From Thermodesulfobacteriota bacterium (GTDB lineage Bacteria; Desulfobacterota_D; UBA1144; Nemesobacterales; JAJCZQ01): a stretch of DNA of 64,000 nucleotides. The notes beneath the pieces were generated by a model. It was given only the letters and a program-made list of their open reading frames with translations. It ran no database searches and was not told where the DNA came from. Position 1 is the first letter of the stretch; every line of letters begins with the position of its first letter. Where the stretch lies: NCBI GenBank assembly GCA_965215275.1, contig OZ244044.1:896001-960000 (forward strand). The letters are read 5' to 3'. Shown piece by piece: positions 19,180 through 28,735 of the stretch. The translations under genes and the position numbers were made by a program.

Positions 19180-19426
19180 TATAATCATATTTTTAAAGGG
19201 GTTATAGTATCCTGTTTATCTGATAAAACGCATTATATTCCCTTTGTTATCCATAAATACCCTTTTGACGGAGTTTTCATATTGTGATAGAATATCCGAT
19301 ACACATAATGACCTCCGGGAGCGTGTAATTTAAAGTCATATTTCTACCTCCATTAGTTAATCTGATCGTATTTACACGCTCCCAACTCTTCTTTTATTCA
19401 GCCTTTCTGCAAAAAACCTTAATCCG

Positions 19427-20230
19427 TCAGAGGTTCTGTTTGACGATCAGGACCTCTTCAAGGGAATTTACCGGAACTTCAGGGAACAACCTGGCTTTGA
19501 ACAGACCACCTTGTTTTTCCATACTTTCCACTTTTCCGATCAGCATTCCCTTCGGTAATCCATCTTTACCGGACGTTATCACCACGTCTCCCGTTCTTGC
19601 ACTTGACCCGCTTTCCAGATATTCCAGCACGCATCCGCTCCCGGCACCCTTGACTATACCCCTTGCTCTGGTCCGCTGAACTATTGCATCAACGGCACTT
19701 ATAGGGTCCGTGATAAGGATCACGTGAGAACTCGTGCCGTTCACCAGAAACACCTTGCCTACTATACCTGCCTGGGTCGTGACCGGCATTCCCGGATGTA
19801 TACCATGGCTCTCTCCCCTGTCTACTATCAGGAATTCCGACCGAAAAGGTAAAAGACCTCCTCCGATCACGTTTGCCGTAACGACCTCGTAGGAACTTTC
19901 GGACATAAAACCCAGCAGTTCCCTCAACCTTCTGTTCTGTATCTGTATTTCTTCCATACTTAAAAGATCCGCCTGAAGCTTGAGGTTTTTGCTTTTTAAA
20001 GTTCTGTTTTCCTGTTCTTTGTCTTTTAAGATCAGATAGTCCGACCAGACGTTCTTCACGGATGACTTGATACCGTGAATGGCCGCGTACACGTAGTGGT
20101 TAACGCTCATAACCCCTTTGTAAACAGGGTCCCCTTTCCTGTCATCTTCATAGATAAAAGGAAAGACCTGCACGGCACAAAAGAAGAACAGAAAGGATAT
20201 TATCAGAGGATGGTTCTTTATAAATCCCAT
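19427..20230 (-). CDS. mreC: Rod shape-determining protein MreC
   Basis: N-terminal TM, coiled coil NRRLRELL, GIVGKV and GDVVITSG.DG.PKG; follows mreB. Confidence 0.93.
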   Translation of the reverse strand: MGFIKNHPLIISFLFFFCAVQVFPFIYEDDRKGDPVYKGVMSVNHYVYAAIHGIKSSVKNVWSDYLILKDKEQENRTLKSKNLKLQADLLSMEEIQIQNRRLRELLGFMSESSYEVVTANVIGGGLLPFRSEFLIVDRGESHGIHPGMPVTTQAGIVGKVFLVNGTSSHVILITDPISAVDAIVQRTRARGIVKGAGSGCVLEYLESGSSARTGDVVITSGKDGLPKGMLIGKVESMEKQGGLFKARLFPEVPVNSLEEVLIVKQNL

Positions 20231-20240
20231 ATTGTACTTT

Positions 20241-21293
20241 TCAGCTGATGCTCACCGCTTTTAACAGGTCTATTTTATCCAGAGCCTTTCCTGACCCCAG
20301 GACCACGCACTGCAGTGGATTTTCAGCAACAATGACGTGAACTCCAGTTTCAAGATTAATAAGTTCATCCAGTCCGTTGATAAGTGCACCTCCACCTGCC
20401 AGTACTATCCCTGAATCGATTATATCTGCCGCGAGCTCGGGTGGTGTTCTCTCAAGCGTCTGCTTTATGGCGTCCACTATTGCTTTGACAGGTTCTGAGA
20501 TCGCCTCTCTGACCGAGTCTGCGGTAAGTTCGAGAGTGATGGGGTTTCCGGTCTGTATATTTCTTCCCCTGACCTCCATTGATCTTGCACCCGTTATTTT
20601 ACCGTCCGCGGCCTGTATGGCACTGCCGATCTTTTTCTTTATACCCTCCGCCGTTCTCTCCCCTATCAGCACGCCGTTGTTCCTCTTCACGAACTGAACG
20701 ATGGATTCATTTAACTTATCCCCACCAACCTTAATGGACTTGCTGACCACTATTGCTGAAAGGGCAATTACCGCAATACCCGTGGTCCCGCCACCTATAT
20801 CAACGACCATGTTCCCCTCGGGTTCGGTCACGGTAAGTCCGGAACCCAGAGCGGCAGACACGGTCTCTTCTATTAAAAAGACCTCCCTGGCTCCCGCGGA
20901 CTCGGCAGATTCCTGAACGGCTCTTTTTTCAACTTCCGTTATACCTATCGGAACTGAAATAACTACCCGCGGTCTGACCAGACTTTTACGATTATTATGG
21001 GTTTTTGTAATAAAGTACTCGATCATCTTCTGGGCAACCTCAAAATCTGCGATCACCCCGTCGCGAAGCGGTCTTATGGCCTCTATTAACTTTGGCGTTC
21101 TGCCGACCATCTCGTACGCTTCCATGCCCACGGCAATGACCTTCCTCTGCCCTCCGCCTTTATTCTTAATTGCCACCACGGAAGGTTCGTTGGCAACCAC
21201 CCCCTTTCCTTTTATGTAAACGAGCGTATTTGCCGTGCCGAGGTCAATGGCAAGGTCATTTGAAAAAAGCCCCAGAATTGAATTGATAATCAA
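20241..21293 (-). CDS. mreB: Actin-like protein MreB
   Basis: DLAIDLGTANTLVY, EPSVVAI, DIGGGTT and TPPELAADI. Confidence 0.98.
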   Translation of the reverse strand: MIINSILGLFSNDLAIDLGTANTLVYIKGKGVVANEPSVVAIKNKGGGQRKVIAVGMEAYEMVGRTPKLIEAIRPLRDGVIADFEVAQKMIEYFITKTHNNRKSLVRPRVVISVPIGITEVEKRAVQESAESAGAREVFLIEETVSAALGSGLTVTEPEGNMVVDIGGGTTGIAVIALSAIVVSKSIKVGGDKLNESIVQFVKRNNGVLIGERTAEGIKKKIGSAIQAADGKITGARSMEVRGRNIQTGNPITLELTADSVREAISEPVKAIVDAIKQTLERTPPELAADIIDSGIVLAGGGALINGLDELINLETGVHVIVAENPLQCVVLGSGKALDKIDLLKAVSIS

Positions 21294-21453
21294 TGATGTT
21301 TCTCCCTTACTTCAAGATGAAATCAATAAGATTGAGATCGTGCATCTTAGCCAGTAATTCAACCTTAAGAACGGACGATGTTCATCATAAAAATAATATT
21401 ATGTACGCTCATTAAAATCAAGATAAAAGCGGTACATTTAAGAAAAATTTTCT

Positions 21454-22476
21454 TTACACGAAGTTATCTACAAAAGGCAGAGTGCAGACGGACGCCTTTA
21501 TATAAAGACCATCTGACAGATCTGCTATATTTACTTTCAGCGAATCTTCATTGAACTCCCTTCTTATATAACCGGTCGCTATTACCCTGTTAAGCGTGGG
21601 TGAGTAGGTGCATGAAGTCAGTTTTCCGGCTTTTTTACCTTCCACGAATATCTCGCTTCCCGGCTCAGGGACCTTTTTAAGTCCATCGACCTTAAAACCC
21701 ACCAGATGCCAGTTCACCCTGCCTCTCCACTTTATCCTTGCAATAACCTCCTGTCCTATGTAGCACCCTTTTTCAAAATCCAGTGCTTTCCACAGACCTG
21801 CCTCTATGGGGATCGTATTTTCATCCATATCCTTTCCCAGAACGGGAATGCCCGCTTCTATCCTCAGAACTTCCATAGCTTCTGAACCGAACGGCCTGAA
21901 ACCATCTACGGACGAACTGCCGATCATATCAGACCATATATCCTTACCCTCGTTCTTGTCAGCATATATATCATAACCCGTTTCACCCGTACGGTTGATC
22001 TTTATGATCAGAGCCGTACCGTCACCTTCTGATCTTACGGAATCAAATTCATTCAGCGGTTCCCGTACTGTATCAAAGATCTGTTTTATAACGTGAACTG
22101 CATCAGGTCCGCAGACATGAAACAGGCTCAATTTCTGAGTAACGTCTTCTATGTCTGCTCTGTAGGAAAGGCGATATTTTAACAGATATTTATAAAACTC
22201 CTCGGTAACATGAGGCTCGAGATCAAGTATTACATTGTCTCTCAGCTTATGGACCTTCATATCGGCGATCATCTTCCCCTTGGGCGTAAGTGACGTGGCG
22301 TAAACCCCTTCAGATGTTTTCAGCTTAATAACGTCATTGGTCAGCATTCCCTGAAGGAGTTTCAGATGTTCCTCTCCCGACAGCTTTAATTTACCCCTTT
22401 GAGAAAGGTCGATGATCCCAGCACTATTTCTGACGCTTTCTACCTCACTTGAAATATCCGTATACAAGCTGTTCAT
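21454..22476 (-). CDS. ygfZ: YgfZ/GcvT-family folate-binding protein
   Basis: KGCYIGQE signature and LRIEAG. Confidence 0.88.
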   Translation of the reverse strand: MNSLYTDISSEVESVRNSAGIIDLSQRGKLKLSGEEHLKLLQGMLTNDVIKLKTSEGVYATSLTPKGKMIADMKVHKLRDNVILDLEPHVTEEFYKYLLKYRLSYRADIEDVTQKLSLFHVCGPDAVHVIKQIFDTVREPLNEFDSVRSEGDGTALIIKINRTGETGYDIYADKNEGKDIWSDMIGSSSVDGFRPFGSEAMEVLRIEAGIPVLGKDMDENTIPIEAGLWKALDFEKGCYIGQEVIARIKWRGRVNWHLVGFKVDGLKKVPEPGSEIFVEGKKAGKLTSCTYSPTLNRVIATGYIRREFNEDSLKVNIADLSDGLYIKASVCTLPFVDNFV

Positions 22477-22759
22477 GATCGTATTTTAACTGGAATTATA
22501 CTCAAGATAAGAATAAAAAAGGGATTACATACTTTGTTATCCAAAGTAACTTAACTGTGAAGTTTTATTAGTTTGTTTTTATTACTTTTTACGAAGTTAT
22601 CCTTGTCTTTCATAAATCCAAATGGGAAATATTATCTGCGAAAGTGTGTCAATATAGCACAAAGCATTGATGACAAACCCTAATAATGCTTTAAGTGAAT
22701 TTGATGTTGAGAGATGTGCTGAGACTGCAGGAAGGCATTTTTTAACTTACGAAATAACT

Positions 22760-23065
22760 GGACCGTTTCTTATTGCTATACAGAAGTCCTGTTATATGTG
22801 TTAGTCTCAAAATCAGTCCCCATTAAGTCAAAAACCTCTTAAGTAATGTTCCTCTCCATACCTAACTTCCTTGAACCTTTAATATTTAAGATAAACAACT
22901 GATAACACCTTTACCGTCTAATGTAGTCAGTATCAATAGTCTCCCTAATGAAACTCGGTCCACTGATAGTCATAATTTGTGCAAGATATTTCGGTACTGG
23001 TTAGTAGTACTGTTCAATCTAAATAACTTTGCACCCATTCCTGCAGTAGGATCATTTAAAGCCAT
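22760..23065 (-). pseudogene. Phage tail tube protein remnant
   Basis: AGGAG + MALNDPTAGMGAKLFRLNSTT, then frameshifted AQIMTISGPSFIRETIDT/TTLD and TDFE, matching the tail-tube pattern SISGP..RETIDVT.LD. The 3' boundary is approximate. Confidence 0.6.
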
Positions 23066-23084
23066 TATGCTTTTCTCCTGTTAA

Positions 23085-24104
23085 TTAGCTCATGTGTACT
23101 ATACCAATCGGGTCATTTGCGTTCGAATGTATCTGCGGAACCTGTATTGTAAAGACTATATATTTTGTTAACCACTGAATGTTAGTTAACGGAACCACTT
23201 CTAACAATCTAACAGTATCCTTAGACATATTAACTAATAGAACATTATCAGCTGGGAGTAAATCAGCGATTCTAATGTTGCTTATTTCTTTTCTATCAAT
23301 AATATATTTCCTGATAGTATTTCTTATTTTCTTGTAATATCTATCCAATACAGTAGCATATGCTGGCGGGATATACATTACAAACGGTCCATAGAAATGG
23401 TTGCCTATCATTGCTTCTTTCATACCTAATACATCTTGTATAATACCATGTTCAGTCTTATCAGGAGCTAACCAATTCATTCCACCTTCAAAATTAGCCT
23501 CCGTATTCCTGTTCGGATGATTTATATAGCTGTAAATATCTCGACCTGCATATTTATAAGTATTGTCGGTAAATAATATCTTGTCTAAGGACTTATATAT
23601 CTTTTTTATGGCCATTTCCACCATTATGATGTCTATTGCAACCCCTAAACTTCTGTTGTTTGCCAATGCTCTGATATTAAGGTTGCAACAAGAGTAAGTA
23701 ATAGGTAACGGTCCCCTATCTAGTTCGTCACATGGTGGTACACCATCCATGTGAAGTTGAGTTGCAAGAGCATCCCTAATATCAGACCATTCAGACACTG
23801 TATCCACCATACCCCCTAAATTACGAACCAACTCATAATTTATAAGATCATTTATTCCGCTATGGTAATCCTTCTTTTTAAAGTCTTTTAAACACCTATC
23901 TAATTCTGCCCATTCGGCCTTTCTGAAAACTGCGTTACAAGTTTGCTCATCAGAGTAGTTTTCAGTATCTTTTCGGTCCCCAGTTCCTTTTTTATCATAC
24001 ACTTTAATATACGCTCTACCATCGTTCCCAATCCAGGGACGTAGTTCGTGTATACTTTTAGATTGTATTAACTCATTAACATCCACATCTGTTATGTTCC
24101 CCAT
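23085..24104 (-). CDS. Phage major capsid protein (HK97 fold, encapsulin/Linocin-M18-related phage family)
   Basis: LRPWIG.DGRAYI, RKAEWAELD, IYSYINHPNRN, HFYGPFVMYIP, LPADNVLLVNM and TIQVPQI..GIVH; flanked by decoration and tail-tube remnants. Confidence 0.8.
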   Translation of the reverse strand: MGNITDVDVNELIQSKSIHELRPWIGNDGRAYIKVYDKKGTGDRKDTENYSDEQTCNAVFRKAEWAELDRCLKDFKKKDYHSGINDLINYELVRNLGGMVDTVSEWSDIRDALATQLHMDGVPPCDELDRGPLPITYSCCNLNIRALANNRSLGVAIDIIMVEMAIKKIYKSLDKILFTDNTYKYAGRDIYSYINHPNRNTEANFEGGMNWLAPDKTEHGIIQDVLGMKEAMIGNHFYGPFVMYIPPAYATVLDRYYKKIRNTIRKYIIDRKEISNIRIADLLPADNVLLVNMSKDTVRLLEVVPLTNIQWLTKYIVFTIQVPQIHSNANDPIGIVHMS

Positions 24105-24132
24105 TTTCTTTCTTCTTGTCCTCCTTTATGTT

Positions 24133-24433
24133 CTATTTTTCTGTATCAAATTCTCTTGCTATACCTACAATTTCCCCAATGTGTTTCTGTGTTATTTCAT
24201 TGTCGTCTTCAGGCTTATCTAAATATCCACCACCTATAGAAATAAGTGCGTCTCCTTTCTTGATCGTCTGTAAAACTCCTGTAATTGCATACACTTGGTC
24301 TTCAGAACAAGGAAACCATACCTTGACTTTATCGTTAGCTGAATAGGCGTCCTTTTATTTTATTTTGTGTTTTTAAATCCTCTGACTTATCACGCGTCAC
24401 ACAAAACCTGACTTTAATCGTGTTGTAAACCAT
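24133..24433 (-). pseudogene. Phage head decoration protein remnant
   Basis: AGGAGG + MVYNTIKV, then frameshifted DAYSANDKVKVWFP...GDALIS.GGG.L...IVGIARE; typical position upstream of a capsid gene. Confidence 0.55.
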
Positions 24434-24488
24434 TATGATCTACCTCCTTCTTTATTTCCTTGTTTACCCAAATTAAAATCATCACCAT

Positions 24489-24523
24489 AAAAAAAGGGTA
24501 ACCACAAAAATGGCTACCCTTTT
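24489..24523 (-). terminator. Rho-independent terminator after the porin gene
   Basis: rc AAAAGGGTAGCCA-loop-TGGTTACCCTTTTTTT. Confidence 0.8.
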
Positions 24524-24559
24524 AATTTTAATTCAGTTCTTGTAAAACCGCTCTGTTCT

Positions 24560-26251
24560 CTATTTAAAGAACTGGTCAATTGACACAAGCAATTTACCCT
24601 GCACGGCAAACGGCAGATCACCGGCCTCACCTTCACCACAGTCAGTGACATCACCACACGATATCCTGGCCTGAGCTTCCAGAAGATCGGTCAGACCGTC
24701 ACCGGCAAGTATCACGCTGCCTATAAGGTCAAAAGTCACACCCGGGTAGATGCTCCAACTCAACGTACCTTCAACTTCCGTTCCAAGAAAACCGTCAACT
24801 TCTACGCCAGCCTCCATAATACCGTCTGTCTCGTTGTTCCAAGCCATAAGGACCTGTGGAGTGAACATCAACGTATCGTTCAGTTTAACCGTGCTGTAAA
24901 CCCTTGCATAGTAGGCGTTCTGAACGCTTGACTCGTTCCTTGCCACAACACCACCTGCGGATTGATAGATATTCGGGATCATATGTTTGAAGAGAAGGTT
25001 GTCCAGATTGTAAGCAGGACTGAAAACAATGATGTTGCCCTCTATTTCATCATCGACAGCAGTAGTACCACTATCACCATCGGCCCATCCGATTTCAGCT
25101 CCAACCACGCTTACCGGCATGCTCGGATACATTTCACCGCGAACGGCCCATATCATCTGGTTCCCTATATCGGTTTCATCTGCCGTTCCAAAGTTCTCCA
25201 GAGTACCAAAACCACCCTGAATTTCACCGATAACTCTCCACATATCGGTCTTAAGGTCAAATAACCCGGAATAAAGCGTAAAACGAGCCAGATCACCTGC
25301 CGGGGTATGTAACCGTTCCCCAATTGTTGGTACACAACCATCGTCTGGAATTGCTGAACCATCACCACATAACGCCGCCGTATAAGAATCTGCTCCAAAG
25401 GAGAAGTTATCCTGATGGATATACGGGAACAAGTAACCACCAACCGTCACGTTGATCCCCGAAACATCCGGATTATTATATATGACCGCAGCTGCCAGTA
25501 TATCGTAAGCGTTACCGGTTCCGGAAACCAAGCTGTTACCTCCGGTAATGATATCACTTACAACCACGGCGGTTACACTCGAGTTTCCAAATGGGAACGT
25601 TTTAAGCCATAAAAACCTGTCAACCAGAAATCCCAGGTCGGAATGCGGGTCCCATCCACCATTTGCCAGAAGTCCAAGACCCCAGTCAAAAGGCTGACGG
25701 CCAATCCTTACAAAACCCATATTATCAGGAAGGACCATATCAACGTGAAGCATACGGATCTCTAAAAATCCATTATCATCAGTAGCACTAGCTCCGGTCA
25801 ACAGAGGACCTCTCACCCTGTCCTGATTGGAAAGTGCGGAATTGACACGGGTCGCCCCTTCTCCGGCACCAGCACCCAACAGGTCTGAACTCAGTCCACC
25901 CCAAAGATTATTGCTGAAAACGTCAATCTGCGTTCTGATAGTTACAGCGTCGCTCAGAACCAGCTGGGGAGTTAAACGAAAAGTAGTATCAGCAAACAAG
26001 ACCTGATCACCATCATCTTCGAACCCCAAAACCATTGCTCCCGTTTCACCAAGAGCACTTACGTAGGTAGCACCGCTTATAAGGCGAACTCTCTGACGGA
26101 AGTAGCTTGGAAAACCACCCAGATTCAACGAAACACCTTCCGCCTGAACTTTTCCGCCTGAACCCCCTGAACCCGCCTGAACTGAAGTGGTCGGGACGGC
26201 AAAAAAGCCTAAACTCATAAAAAGAACCAAAAACCATTTGGCTATTTTCAT
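24560..26251 (-). CDS. Outer-membrane beta-barrel protein (porin-like)
   Basis: Signal peptide, amphipathic strands, RIGRQPFDWGLGLLAN and LGTEVEG motifs like deltaproteobacterial porins. Confidence 0.75.
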   Translation of the reverse strand: MKIAKWFLVLFMSLGFFAVPTTSVQAGSGGSGGKVQAEGVSLNLGGFPSYFRQRVRLISGATYVSALGETGAMVLGFEDDGDQVLFADTTFRLTPQLVLSDAVTIRTQIDVFSNNLWGGLSSDLLGAGAGEGATRVNSALSNQDRVRGPLLTGASATDDNGFLEIRMLHVDMVLPDNMGFVRIGRQPFDWGLGLLANGGWDPHSDLGFLVDRFLWLKTFPFGNSSVTAVVVSDIITGGNSLVSGTGNAYDILAAAVIYNNPDVSGINVTVGGYLFPYIHQDNFSFGADSYTAALCGDGSAIPDDGCVPTIGERLHTPAGDLARFTLYSGLFDLKTDMWRVIGEIQGGFGTLENFGTADETDIGNQMIWAVRGEMYPSMPVSVVGAEIGWADGDSGTTAVDDEIEGNIIVFSPAYNLDNLLFKHMIPNIYQSAGGVVARNESSVQNAYYARVYSTVKLNDTLMFTPQVLMAWNNETDGIMEAGVEVDGFLGTEVEGTLSWSIYPGVTFDLIGSVILAGDGLTDLLEAQARISCGDVTDCGEGEAGDLPFAVQGKLLVSIDQFFK

Positions 26252-26381
26252 CTCTCCTTAACCTCCTTAAAAATTGTATAATTTACCATTTTACACAGAT
26301 TGTAAACAAAACGTATAAATGTGTCAAGCATTATTTTTCAGATAAGCATACACAACAGATCCATGTAAAAAAACATTGAGT

Positions 26382-26412
26382 AAAAGACCAGGTCCTGACG
26401 ACCCGGCCTTTT
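26382..26412 (-). terminator. Rho-independent terminator after the phosphate porin gene
   Basis: rc AAAAGGCCGGGTC-gtcag-GACCTGGTCTTTT. Confidence 0.7.
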
Positions 26413-26459
26413 ACTCTGGAAATATTAAAGAGATAAAAGAGACGTGTCAAGTGCTGCTT

Positions 26460-27821
26460 TTAAAAATAAGCCTGGAACTGTACTCTGAAACGGCTTTCAT
26501 CGACCTCGTCACCGGCAGCATCCTCATCCGTTATACGAGAGAAATCAGCCTGGAACTTAAGTCTGTGATCCTGGCTAAAATAGTAGCTTATACCACCGGT
26601 CCATTCAGTGCTGGATGCATCTCCATCCAATGCCAGGTCATCATCATACTCTAACACAGCGTATCTGGCCCCTATCTCCAGGGTCATGGGAATGACGAAA
26701 AAACCACCCTGAAACCTGAAACCATGGTCGTAGGTCTTATCTTCGGTCATATCATCACCCGAAGGATCGGCCCACATACCAACGTATTCAGCTTCCAGGT
26801 TCCCCATCGGATGCACAAAAGAAACGTCAGCGGTCCAGGCCGTCATAGTAACTGACGTGGCGTTGGTAAAATCCCTGGACCTCCTGTCAAATAATTTACT
26901 GTCGGTCTCATCAAAGGGATTACCATCATCATTTATATCAGTATCTAAATAGGCAAATCCGGTTCCCAGCTGCAATCTCATTTCCTTTGCAAAGTTCGGT
27001 TTGATCTTCAACCCCGTTTCAAATGGATTTACCATTACCCTTCCAGCCCAGAGAAAACTGGAATCTTTCCCGTTCTCATCACCCTCGTCGGCATTTCTTC
27101 CCTCACCCTGGAAAGCACCGATATGATATCCGAACATCTTGCCGGATTTACCTGCAAAACTGACGCCTATGTCCCTTCCAAACGCAAACTGATTTACGAT
27201 AGACCTGGCGACAAACTGCAGCGCCGAACTTGAGTTACCTTCTTCCCTGTTAAAAGGTACTTTGTACTGTCCAAAGGCCGGGCTGAACATCTTATTGTAG
27301 GCGATCTTAAACTTCAGGTCCCTGAGTTCAGCATCCTTATCACTTGCATCTATCTGGAGTTTATACTTAAACCAGGGTGCAATAGCGTTCCCGTCCCATA
27401 CCAGTCTGACTCTTGGAAAATCCCACTCGGTAGTTTTAGCCTCGTCGTCCACGTCCGTCACGGTTGCTCTGAACTGACCGAGAAGTCTGAGTCTCATCTT
27501 ATATGCTCCATCATCTGACTTCCAGGTGAGACCGCTTCCTTTTTTGATCTTGCCTTTAATACCCCTTTTCCAGTCAGATCCGGAAGCAGACTTAACACCG
27601 GTCCCCCTGGAATATCTACCCTGAACCTCTTCCTCAAGCTGATTGATCCTTTCCTGCATCATCTGCATCTGCCTCTTCATGTTCCTGATCTGGTAAGATG
27701 CTCCGGCTACGTTGTAACCTTGATCGCTTTGCGCCCTGGCAAAGTCAACGCTGAAACCGGCTACAAGAACGACAAGTAAAAAAGTCAAAACATTGGTAAC
27801 GCTATCCCTGATCTGCATCAA
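26460..27821 (-). CDS. Phosphate-selective porin (OprO/OprP family)
   Basis: Signal peptide + coiled coil, GQYKVPF.RE..SS..LQF.R, GRDIG and terminal FQAYF; divergent from phoBR. Confidence 0.82.
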   Translation of the reverse strand: MMQIRDSVTNVLTFLLVVLVAGFSVDFARAQSDQGYNVAGASYQIRNMKRQMQMMQERINQLEEEVQGRYSRGTGVKSASGSDWKRGIKGKIKKGSGLTWKSDDGAYKMRLRLLGQFRATVTDVDDEAKTTEWDFPRVRLVWDGNAIAPWFKYKLQIDASDKDAELRDLKFKIAYNKMFSPAFGQYKVPFNREEGNSSSALQFVARSIVNQFAFGRDIGVSFAGKSGKMFGYHIGAFQGEGRNADEGDENGKDSSFLWAGRVMVNPFETGLKIKPNFAKEMRLQLGTGFAYLDTDINDDGNPFDETDSKLFDRRSRDFTNATSVTMTAWTADVSFVHPMGNLEAEYVGMWADPSGDDMTEDKTYDHGFRFQGGFFVIPMTLEIGARYAVLEYDDDLALDGDASSTEWTGGISYYFSQDHRLKFQADFSRITDEDAAGDEVDESRFRVQFQAYF

Positions 27822-27849
27822 TTGATCCTCCTGCTGTAATTTGCTGCCT

Positions 27850-27906
27850 ATGATACTAATTTCATATTATAAAGTAATTGTGAAACAAATATTAATTTAC
27901 CGTTAA
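27850..27906 (-). promoter_or_regulatory. Putative Pho-box array and -10 element for the porin
   Basis: Four hexamers at 11-bp period on the - strand (TTAACG, TTAATA, TTCACA, TTTATA at 27901, 27890, 27879, 27868), then TATCAT at 27850-27855. Confidence 0.6.
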
Positions 27907-28044
27907 GTCTGATCGTAATTGAAAGATCGTCAGCAAAGGTCAGCAGGTTTTATGTTAGAATTGTCATTAATATATAAAGGTCGGGGTATCCGATGATCCA
28001 TACATGAGTAAACCCCGCGACGGGAGCAGAGAGGAAAAAGGCCA

Positions 28045-28731
28045 ATGGAAAAACTGATAGCAGTGGTAGATGACGAAAAGGACATAGTCGATCTTGTAAA
28101 GCATCACCTTAAAAGAGAAGGGTACAGGACCAAGGGATTTTACAACAGCAGAGACTTCCTGCTGTTCATCGAGTCCATTATCCCGGACCTTCTTATTCTG
28201 GATATAATGCTTCCGGGAATGGACGGTCTTGAGGTCTGTAAACTGCTGAAAGGTAAAAAGTCCACTTCCTCGGTCCCTATAATAATGCTGACCGCAAAAG
28301 GAACGGAAGCGGACATCGTGGTAGGACTTGAGATGGGAGCAGATGACTACATGATAAAACCGTTCAGTCCGAGAGAACTGGTCGCAAGGGTCAAGACCGT
28401 CCTGAGACGCTCGGGTAAAAAAGAGACTGAAAAAGAACTGGTAACGCTCGGGGACCTGTCCATCAACGCCCAGAGGTACGAGGTTTACGTAAAGAGCAGG
28501 AAAATAGACCTGACCACGACCGAGTTCAAGATACTGGAATCCCTGGTGAACGGCAGCGGCAGGGTTTTTACCAGAGACCAGCTCCTCAAGCAGAAAAGGC
28601 TCTGGGGAGATGATAAGCTCATATACGACAGAACGATAGACGTTCATATTAAAAACCTGAGGGACAAGCTGGGCAGTTCAGGTAAAATGATAAAAACAGT
28701 AAGAAGTATAGGTTATAAACTGGACGTTTAA
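28045..28731 (+). CDS. phoB: OmpR/PhoB-family response regulator (PhoB/PhoP)
   Basis: VVDDE, LDIMLPGMDG, GADDYMIKPFSPREL and RTIDVHIKNLR. Confidence 0.85.
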   Translation: MEKLIAVVDDEKDIVDLVKHHLKREGYRTKGFYNSRDFLLFIESIIPDLLILDIMLPGMDGLEVCKLLKGKKSTSSVPIIMLTAKGTEADIVVGLEMGADDYMIKPFSPRELVARVKTVLRRSGKKETEKELVTLGDLSINAQRYEVYVKSRKIDLTTTEFKILESLVNGSGRVFTRDQLLKQKRLWGDDKLIYDRTIDVHIKNLRDKLGSSGKMIKTVRSIGYKLDV

Positions 28732-28735
28732 AAAG

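Noticed and set aside
23085..24104. Bona fide encapsulin operon or active prophage
   Set aside because: Neighbours are phage decoration and tail-tube remnants rather than cargo enzymes; no integrase, terminase or portal.
24116..24346. + strand 76-aa ORF
   Set aside because: Antisense shadow of the decoration-protein pseudogene.
27967..28647. 226-aa - strand ORF and similar long antisense ORFs (6987..7655, 10132..10968, 58470..59183)
   Set aside because: Antisense shadows of well-supported housekeeping genes with no motifs of their own.
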